From assembly GCF_006345805.1 (NCBI RefSeq), contig NC_043017.1:8184001-8248000 (forward strand): 64,000 nucleotides of DNA, written 5' to 3'. Positions 26,203 through 35,950 of this stretch are shown piece by piece. The position numbers and the translations under genes were made by a program. This DNA comes from Octopus sinensis. Taxonomy: Eukaryota. Numbering within the stretch: the first letter of the stretch is position 1; every line of letters begins with the position of its first letter. Below the pieces are notes generated by a model. It saw only the letters and a program-made list of their open reading frames with translations, ran no database searches and had not been told where the DNA came from.

Positions 26203-26608
26203 CTCTTTACTCTTTTACTTGTTTCAGTCATTTGACTGCGGCCATGCTGGAGCACCGCCTTTAAACGAGCAACTCGACCCCGGAACTTATTCTATTGTAA
26301 ACCCAGTACTTATTCTATCGGTCTCTTTTGCCGAACCGCTAAGTGACGGGGACGCAAACACACCAGCATCGGTTGTCAAGCAATGCTATGGGGACAAACA
26401 CAGACACACAAACACACACACGCATACATACATATATATATATACATATATACGACGGGCTTCTTTCAGTTTCCGTCTACCAAATCCACTCACAAGGCTT
26501 TGGTCGGCCCGAGGCTATAGTAGAAGACACTTGCCCAAGATGCCACGCAGTGGGACTGAACCCGGAACCATGTGGTTGGTAGACAGGCTACTTACCACAC
26601 AGCCACTC
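26203..26608 (-). mobile_element. Near full-length tRNA-derived SINE, family 1
   Basis: Reverse complement of the 24019 copy. Confidence 0.9.
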
Positions 26609-28110
26609 ATAAATACAAAGATAGAGGAAGCTGGCTTTAATTGCAAATTACAACATTTGTTTCTTTGCCAAACACCAGCTTTAAGCTGCTGAGTTTTTAT
26701 TTATATGTCATTCCATAAAATTATTCTATATCTGAATGAAAATTTAGCAACTTAAAGCTGGTGCCTGGTGTAGAAACAAACGTAATTTGCAAATAAATTT
26801 TTATATTTATACCATAGCAGAGTTCCACATGTTTATCCAACCTTGGAAAAAATCTTGCTGCAAGATGGCATGTGGTAACTAGTATAGGAACTTTCAAACG
26901 CCTGTTGAGGTTGTTACCCAAATTATATTGAATACATATAGTAAGAGGAGGGATATAATATCCAGGCGGATACCGAATTTTTCTGTGTAAAATGCAGAGG
27001 CTGGTTCCTTCAGATGGTGTGTTTTTGGTAAACATGTGTTGGACAATTATTATGAATAAACTAACTGGAAATAAACAAAGTTCAAATTCTTCATTCTTGT
27101 TATTATTGATCTCAAGTATAATCAGCCGAAATTGCAAAGATAATCTGGTACTTGACTGAGGACAGAAAACTTTGAATGACCCGTCTTTGTTTTCTTTGTA
27201 TCATCTAACTGGATGTTTCGTTGTCCCATTTTTGTATCACCTAAGCTGTCCAGATGTTTTGCATTCTTGTCTCATTTTAATTTTATGTGTGTACACACAC
27301 ACACACACACACATTGGTAAGTGGTTGTAGTTTTGTTAGTGGGGCTCTTGTTTTTCTGCCACAAACTGATGACTGATGTTAATAATGTCAAAATATCATA
27401 AACAAACATCTTCACTGTCATTGCTTTAACATTTTTTTCTCCCTTTCCACTGTTAGTATGAGTTGAACAGGTTTGTATGCAAATTTACACTCCCTGTTCA
27501 TCCTATGTGATTTCCCATCATCCCCTTTTTATCTCACTCTGCCTCATCCCATCCCCTGCCGTTTTTCATCTTAACCTTATTTCCTCCTGTCTCATCCCAC
27601 CTCTTCTGTTACTCAGCAAACATTGCTTGCTTCACCCCATGTGTTGAGCCTCATCTAGTCTCTACTTGTTAGACCACATTGCCCTTTCCCGGATTCTCTG
27701 ACGTGTATAATCCTCCCTGTATAAGATGCTGGTACCGTGCAGGATTACTTATTCTTACCAGTTGAGTGGACATGAAATGAAGTGTTTCGCTCAAGAACAT
27801 CACACATCGCCTGATCCAGGAATTGAAACCACAACCTTATTATCATGAGTCCAATACCCTAACCACTAAGTCATGCACCTCCTACTCATATTGTCTCATC
27901 ACATCCTCTCCCTATCCATCCTGTGTCATCTCTCACCATATTCTGTTCCCTTTCATCTCATCCTTCCTTGTCCCATCCTTTGTCCCCCTTGCACTTCATC
28001 CCATCTCCTCTCAACTCTGAAGCCCTGATCTCTTTACTCTTTCCCTCTTGGGCTTCACTACCATTTGTCACTCAGCAAACCTTGTCCCCTTCCCATCATG
28101 TGTTCCTGTG

Positions 28111-28588
28111 CTAACATTTACTCTCTTTTTCTCTATTCCATAGGTGCACCTAGAATGTTGTCATTGGCTCAGGGATATGGAATCTACCTGTTCTGATCTA
28201 ATGTCTACGTGGCACACCAACGTCAGTTCCACTCATGTCACCAGGACTTCTAAACTTAACAATAAGGATTACTTCAGGAAAAGAACCCACATGAATCACA
28301 ACCAAAACAACAACAACAACAAAAACAATCTTTAAAAAAAATCACAGAAAAAGAAAAAAAAATAATAAAACAACTAGGATCTACAATTTAAGCCGATCAG
28401 AACCATACTACCACCAACACTTTCGTGTCGGGGGTGGTAGCAGCCCGTTGCCTACATGCAGATTTCATCGTTAACGAGACAACCGCCTGCCGTTCAGCCA
28501 AGCTTGCTGTATTGCAGCTGTCGGTACCGTGAATGTCTACTTCAGCACCATCACCACCACCACCACCACCACCACTACCACTACCATC
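28111..28588 (+). other. TMEM203: Branch point, acceptor and 5'UTR part of the TMEM203 coding exon
   Basis: tgCTAACat branch point at 28111-28115, polypyrimidine tract ttactctctttttctctattcca, AG at 28142-28143; exon would start at 28144. Confidence 0.6.
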
Positions 28589-28996
28589 ATGCTCTTCACT
28601 CTACGAGAACTTGTACAATGGATTGGTCTGACGGCCTTTGAGATCTGGATGCACCTGATAGCGGTGTTTGTCTTCTCTATAATGGCTGCACTGAAGTACG
28701 AACGCGTGATGGATACGTCGTGGTGGATGGTGTTTGCACCCATGTTCGCCATCGACGCCATCGATGCTTACTTCATCATCATCGTGTTCATCCGAACTAT
28801 AAAAGAACTGGACCTGCTACGTCCAGCCGGCATCCGACTGGTCTCATCCTTGCTAGTTGTCATGCTGATCTTTATATTCAAAACACTACTGTGCCAGAAA
28901 CTAAGCCATGAAAAGATGATCTCGTGTTCTGAGATAATGATTCCCTTGTTTATACTGTTACAGATTATCATGTTTCGGGCCTGCCAAGTACACTAG
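28589..28996 (+). CDS. TMEM203: Transmembrane protein 203 (135 aa), uninterrupted CDS
   Basis: MLFTLRELVQWIGLTAFEIWMHL...LLCQKL...PLFILLQIIMFRACQVH is colinear with human TMEM203 (MLFSLRELVQWLG...LLCQKL...PLFILLQLLMIRACRVN). First in-frame ATG is 28589; in-frame TAA at 28472. Confidence 0.96.
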   Translation: MLFTLRELVQWIGLTAFEIWMHLIAVFVFSIMAALKYERVMDTSWWMVFAPMFAIDAIDAYFIIIVFIRTIKELDLLRPAGIRLVSSLLVVMLIFIFKTLLCQKLSHEKMISCSEIMIPLFILLQIIMFRACQVH

Positions 28997-29243
28997 CCTT
29001 TCAAATGCCACAGTCTACTGTAATATTTGTATATATATATAATGACTGGTCGAAAAAAAAAAAAAAAGAAAAAAAAATTTAGGAGTTATATATTTATATA
29101 TAATAAATTTGTGAGCTTCTGTGAGTGACTGCGTTTGTATGCTTGTGTGAGTACTTGCTGTCGCATGTGTGTGGATCTCTCTCTCTCCTTTCCTTTATGC
29201 ATTATAAATGTATCTATATGTATGTATATATATATATGTGTGC

Positions 29244-29277
<34 letters not shown>

Positions 29278-30811
29278 GCACACACAATTATATATGCTTA
29301 TCATAAATTTAATGTAGATAGGTATATAACATGTGTATGTGTATATATATATACATATGCACACTCACATGTGTGTATATGAATATGTATATATATATAT
29401 ACATACACACACTCAAATGTATGTATATATATATACACACACATATACATATAATTTTGTGTGTATGTGTATATATATATACATACACACACATAAATAT
29501 ATACACATGTATATAATGTGGGTGGGTGTATACATACATATATATGATGTATAAAGCATATGCATATATTCCCCACTTTTTTTTTAATAATCCCATCCCC
29601 TTTTTTTATTCCTATAAAACACTGATGTTATGAAAGTTTCTAAAATATTTTTTTTTTCTGTGTGCGTGTGTGCGCATGTTTTTTTTTTTTTTGAATGGTT
29701 GTTTTTCTTTCAGCAGATCAGTGAGTTTTTTTTAAACCAAGATGGATGAATTGATGATGATGATGATGATGACAATGATGCTGATGATGATAATAATAAT
29801 TCTTTGATATTTCTGATTGGTGTTTTTTTTTGTTTTGTTTGTTTTCTAAAAAAAAATTTTTTTGATGATTCACTAAAGAATTCTTCTTGTAATTAAAAAA
29901 AAAAATGGTTTCTTGTTATTTATTGCAAAGAAAGAAAGAAAAAAAGAGTCTTGCTGCTATTTTTTTGTTGTCATTGCTGTTGCTGCTGCTTTTCTTCCAC
30001 TTCATTCAAGATACTGTCCATGGCAAAAAAAAAATAAATAAATGGTGGCGGGGGGGGGGCAGAGAAAGAATATATATAGGCATGTATATTTATATATATA
30101 TTGGCATATATAGATAAATATATATATTGGCATATATATATAACTCAGAGAAAGAAAGAAGAAAACGATGAAATATGAAGAGTGTATGAGAAGAGGAGGA
30201 GGTGACAGATGAACCGATCTAGTGCCTTCAGATGCTGCTTTTGTGGTTGTGCTAGGATCCAAAATTCACCGTGTTCCCAGTTCCGACATCACCTGCTGGC
30301 CAGAGGTTCAGAAACCAAACACATAACTGCGTAAACCTTTTAACCTTTAAAACTCTGATTATATTTCAGGGCTGGTATTTCCTTTTTCATATATTTTCAT
30401 TTTGTATTATTATTATTATTATTATTGTTGTTGTTGTTGATGCTGGGTGAGGATTTTTTCTCTTTTTTTTTGTTGTTGTTGTTGTCTTTATGGGAGAGAG
30501 GTGATGGTTCTTTTTCTTGCTTTTCAAGTTTACATTTTTCAATTTATTAAAGATTCTTTAAAAGAAAAAAAAAAGAGTGTGGCAAGATACACAGACAACA
30601 CATAAGCACACACATGCATGTACATACAGGCGAATAAATTTTGTCAGAATCAAAGGCAATCAAAAGAAATTCTCTCCCAGTAGTATTTAATCTAAGTTAT
30701 AAGTCTGAATATAGTTAATGGAATGAGATGATCAGGTGTGGTTGTTTGGAGTCTGACAATGTGCACAACTGACTGGACATTGAGCGACAGTACTTTTTGG
30801 CCCTAGAAAGA

Positions 30812-31240
30812 GACACATAGAGAATACCAAACGAGTTCCCTATGGATACCGTATTTATTACGAGTGGCTTGTAAACGTATCTAACTCGCTTTCACTCGTT
30901 AGATACATTTACAAGCCACGAGTTGTAATAAATACGGTATCCATAGGGAATGAGTTTGGTATTTTATTTATTACACACGAATAAACGACCATATTTTATT
31001 AACCCAATAACTAAATTCTTCACGTTTAGTCGTAACTTATGAATGACAAAAGTAGTGCTGTCACCGTGACCTCATTTCATCATCATGGATTGACCAATTA
31101 GAAGCAGCGCTGTCACCGTGATCTCGGGTCATCACCATGGATTGACCAATCAGAAGCAGCGCTCGCAGTATCTGACATATGTTAGATACCAAAAATATCT
31201 CAAAGTGTTCTCACTCACATGTGTGTAATAAATACAGATA
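30812..31240. mobile_element. Palindromic non-autonomous element, Crypton-like (tentative)
   Basis: 141-nt foldback at 30823-30963, inverted tatttattacacac/gtgtgtaataaata pair, and an internal ~52-bp tandem duplication containing GACCAAT(T/C)AGAA. Confidence 0.45.
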
Positions 31241-32563
31241 CATTACAATTTCTTAATTGAGCACAGGTGACACAAATACTTTCCTTCTCCTCATACATAT
31301 AATGAGAAATATGCTTGTACACATATACACAGAGAGAAATATTGTAATTTGAAATGACAAGGGACTGGGAGTTGTGGCGATTTGCTGTACTTGAGAAGAC
31401 ATATCAAGATAAAATCACTGTCATCCATATATACAGACTTGTCCTTTATAGGTGGCAGTGCCACATAAAATGCACTCATGTCGATGCTGCGTAATTACAC
31501 TGTAAAGTGGTTGGCATTAGGAAGGGCATCCAGCTGTAGAAACCATGCCAAAACAGCTCCCTGGCTAACCAGCTCTTGTTAGGCTGGAAAACGGACATTA
31601 AACGATAATAATGGTGATTAACATTCTCCATTCTCGTCATACACATTGGAATATACTCGTACACATAAGTAGTGAGAGAGAAGGAGAGAGGGGTCTTAGA
31701 ATTTATTAACTGAACAATATAAACATTTTCCCTCTCCTCATACACACAAAGAGAAATATGCTGATACGCATAGACAAAGAGAGAGAGATTATTAGACATG
31801 ATGAAACAAAAACACTTACCCTCTCCTCACAGAGAGAGAGAGACAAACATGCCCACATATATATAGAGAGGGATTAGAATTTGTTAATTGGACATGATTA
31901 ACATAAACACCTTCCCTCTTATGCACATGAACAGTGATGTCAAATAGGTCAGCATTGAATCAACAGCTCCAAACAACTATGCCAAAGTCTCTCATACCCA
32001 CCTCCACCCCACCCCACCCAGTTTGCAAGCACTGAAGATGAGGTCTTCAGTACATGTAACTACATTCCTGAAGGTAGTGTCCTCCATAGCCCACAGTCTC
32101 ATATCGACCAATGCCTACTTAACACTCCTTTCACTATTCCCATCTATATAAACCACTCAGCCACCAGTTTCTGTTGTACAAAATAACAATTCCATTTCCT
32201 CGTCCTGCTCTTATTTAAAAAAAAAAAAGTGATATATCTCTTCTGATTCTTACAAGTATGGAAAAGTTGCTGTTTTTTTTATAATTGTTGAAAGCCCACT
32301 TTCCATTTAATTCTCCGATCAGCTGGTGTAAAAAAAAAAAAAAAAAAATGAGAAATTTTAGCAACTAAAGCTACCCCACTTGTATCAATCTTGCTCTCTT
32401 TCATTGTCTGAATGCCCACCCACCATCTCTCTCTCTCTCTGTCCCCTTCCAGCCCCTCCAGTATAACAGCTATCCATCAACGAGCAATTCACATCGCTTG
32501 ACCAACTCATCAGTCCATCCAGACTCATTAACTTTTCTAACTGATCTCACTTTAAAACTACAT

Positions 32564-32595
<32 letters not shown>

Positions 32596-33426
32596 CATAC
32601 ATACATATATATACACACACACATACACAAGTATTATTAGTGACTCTAAAAGCATTGAGCTCACAGAATTATTAGCCTGTAAGACAAAATGCTTAGTGAT
32701 GTTTCCTTCAGCTTTTTTATGCTCTGAGCTCCTATACCGCCATGGTCAACTTTGCCTTGCATCCTTTCGAGACTGATAGAATAAAGTACCAGTCAAGTAC
32801 TGGGGTTGATATAATAAACTAACCCCTTTCCCTTAAAATATTGCTGGCCTTGTGCCAAAATTTGAAACCATTAACTGTAAAAGCTTGGCAAGTTTTTGTG
32901 GGACCTTTTTTTTTTTTTTCACAAATTTGTCTCTTCATTGCATATCTGTATGTATATATGTGTAAATATATATATAGAGATAGAAATATATATATATATA
33001 TATACACACTCACACATATACACATTAGTGTGTATGTTTGTGTCTATATAGATTTGTTGAACCTCAGCCATTTTTTGTGTTTGTTTTGTTTTTTATATTC
33101 CTTCACACAGACACACTTATAACAACAAAATTATATAATGAAAAAAAAACATATAAACAAGATGGTAAATCAATCAATCAATCGATCAATCAATGATGCC
33201 ATCATATATCTGAGGATAAAAATTATCAAACCTAAAAGTCTTCTGCATTGATTGGCCCAACAAACATGTTAAATATTTCTAAATAAATGTGAAAAGTTGT
33301 TTTCACTCCATTTGCATATTTTGTGGTTGCATATCATTTGGGAAATTTGGTTAGGGTGAGCTGTATGAATTGTTTTATATATAATACACACACACACACA
33401 CAGATATATATATTTATATATACACA

Positions 33427-33858
33427 CACGATGGTATCAAAAAGATCTTGGACTAGTTATGTTTAATAAAGGAATAATTTATTTACCCTAAGTTTTAACA
33501 TAATCTCCTTCAAACTAGTCACTTTGCACAGCAATCTATCCGTCCCAGTGTTCCTGCCACTTTTGGAATCCATCCTGGAAATTATTTTCCTTAAATGAGT
33601 TGAGGACCTTATGCGATTCACTTTAAGATCTCGACAATGATGTTAAAGCAGCAACCTTTGAGCTGTGTTTTCATGTTGGGAAAGCTATGGAAGTCTGCGA
33701 GTGCTAAATCTGGTGAATAGAGCAGGTGTGCAAGTGATACCATGTTGTTTTGGGCAAGAAATTCATGAGCTCAGCGATGTCACTCAGCACACTACCTCAT
33801 GAATGTCGCTGTTGGCACACTACAGAACTAGTCTAGGAACTTTTTGATACCACCTCAT
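33427..33858 (-). mobile_element. Mariner (DD34D-type) deletion derivative
   Basis: TIRs acgatggtatcaaaaagatcttggactag / ctagtctaggaactttttgataccacctc; YSPDLALADFHSFPNMKTQLKG relic. Confidence 0.85.
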
Positions 33859-34146
33859 TTATATATGCACACATACATAGATGTGTGTTTGTCTGTGTAT
33901 ATATATAAACATATACTAGGCTGGAAAGACAGTCCTGTTGCATTTCAAGATGGGAAAGTGACAAATGCTTCTTTGGTCTTAACTGATATATTTAATCAAA
34001 ATAATATTTCTCCTCGTTATTGATAACTTAGTAATCAGTCCAAGTTATTTGGCAAATTGTTGATCCCTCTTCAGATTTTGAAGGAGGGAAATGCTCAGTA
34101 ACATTTTTAACTTCCTCACGGTTAATAAACAGTTTTTACTCTAAAT

Positions 34147-34662
34147 CAGGGGTTCTCAACCATTTTTTTTTTATCAGTGGACCCTTTGATTACTATTTTA
34201 TTGTTGTGGACCTCAATAGCCATTCAATGTTTAAAAACTAGTTTTATAGAAACTTCTTTCAAAATTTCTATATTTCAATTTTTAACCCAGGTTAACCCTG
34301 TAGAAATTTTGAAGATAGTTACATAGACAGGGATAACAAACATACAGAAGCGTCCAGTTAACCTTTATTGCAGTAAATAAACCAAATACAATGGTTAAAT
34401 AAATACAACAAACACTATTTTGCATTCAGTTAAGTTTTATACAAGTAAATAAACCAAATGAAATCATCCTCAAACGAGGACAGTGGGTTAAATTATAACT
34501 TGGTTGAGCTCTGTAAAAGAGAGAAAGAAACCAAGCTGTTTCTTGCAATACATCTAAATCAAAACTTTTTCAGGGTCCCTTAAAATACTATTGTGGATCC
34601 TGATTTACTATTTTGTTGTATGAACCATCAGGGGCCATGTGGATCCTGCTTGAGAATCACTT
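34147..34662. mobile_element. hAT (Charlie-like) MITE
   Basis: TIR caggggttctcaacc / cttgagaatcactt; 8-bp TSD ctctaaat / ctctcaat (7 of 8). Confidence 0.75.
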
Positions 34663-35381
34663 CTCTCAATAATGTTGCAGTGACTTGAAAAGATGATAGT
34701 CAAAGTAAGGGGGATGTAGAAACACCTCCACCATTATCATCTCTCTCTCTGTCACTATCCCATCCACTATTCCTGAGAGGGTTGTGGGGATAGAATTGTC
34801 AGGTTTGAATCATAGGGAATCTTTCTTTAGCTGATTGCGCAACCACCCCTATGGATGCATTGCAGTTTTGGGTTGTCCCTTTGGCAAAGCATAACACCCA
34901 TTCAGCCACCCTGCCAGGGATACAGCAAAGTCATGGGATTGTGAAGAGTCAGTGGAAGAGCTCAACTGAGCCAGCAGTACATCTTACATCAATGCTAAGC
35001 AGAGGAATCCTAGATCAATGGTCAGCAAAACCTCTATATATTTAGTGTCGTAATTTTTTCTTGAGTGATTTGAGCATTATGTGGTCTTGCTGTGAAAGAG
35101 CAACAAACACCTGTATACAATTGACCAGTGATGGGTGCTTCCCCCCCCCCCCCAATTTTTGTGCAATGCTTCCAATTGGCAACATTCATGACAAACCCTT
35201 CATATGCCACCAAACACAGCATAACTTTTTTGTTGATGTAATCTGGATTTAGAGATAAAGTCTTCTTGTTCATTACATGTGTTTATAGAAAACCCACTTT
35301 ACCTCAATTGTGATGATTCTACTCATGTATGGTTCAGTAGCAAGTCGACTCTTCAATAATGAACAGAAGACAACTCTTTGA

Positions 35382-35598
35382 TTAACCCTTTAGTATTTAA
35401 ACCAGCCAAAATAGTTAATCTGTTTTATGCTCAAACTGACCAGATCCAGGCCCTCACACCTACCCTACAATGTTATTCTACATTAAGTAATTACACCATC
35501 AAGATCTTGAAGATATGAGATAATGCATGGTTAATTCAAATTAATGGGAATCAATAGGCATTATGTTTGATTGAATAATCTGAACACTAAAGGGTTAA
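35382..35598. mobile_element. piggyBac-type MITE
   Basis: TTAA-ccctttagt...actaaaggg-TTAA. Confidence 0.8.
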
Positions 35599-35599
35599 G

Positions 35600-35950
35600 C
35601 TGAGAAGCAGTCAGATGAGGAAGGACCCACAGACCAATTTTAGACACATTTTTGGTAACTTATGAAGGTGTTCTATCATCAAAGTGTGACTTCAATTGAA
35701 CTGTTTTGTCAATTCTTGTGCAGTTTTCTTTGGATTTTCCTCCTGTGCTGTTTCCAGAAGCTCATTTGTTGACAGAACTTGATCAATAAGATTGGAAAGG
35801 AAAAATTTTCTGAGCGAAACTGGCCAAACCATCATTGACAAGTCCTTAAAGCTTCATTGCCATAACCAGAATATTTCTTGCCATTTCCATTGCTGAAGAA
35901 CTCCTTTTTAACCCCATACAGCATGTAGTATCTGATATGAGACTGATCTA
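35600..35950 (-). mobile_element. Mariner transposase N-terminal (HTH) relic
   Basis: HIRYYMLY...RTCQ*WFGQFRSENF...EENPKKTAQELTKQFN*SH...GLWV.PHLT (WVPHEL-like). Confidence 0.7.

Noticed and set aside
26219-26692. 157-aa ORF and similar ORFs at 5203, 9607, 10210, 23983, 49280, 49588, 56441
   Set aside because: They lie wholly in SINE copies; the same pseudo-peptides recur wherever the SINE does.
26821-26940. Candidate plus-strand exon (tagcag acceptor, ATA|GTAAGA donor)
   Set aside because: Stops in all three frames and no homology; could be a UTR exon but cannot be supported.
28529-28588. GTG-initiated poly-Thr N-terminal extension of TMEM203 in the ORF track
   Set aside because: Homology starts at ATG 28589; the extension is the CAC repeat. 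Kept only as part of the uORF finding.
30002-30340. GC-richer island and 86-aa minus ORF downstream of TMEM203
   Set aside because: No recognisable motif, runs into low-complexity sequence, no consistent splice sites; probably UTR or intergenic.
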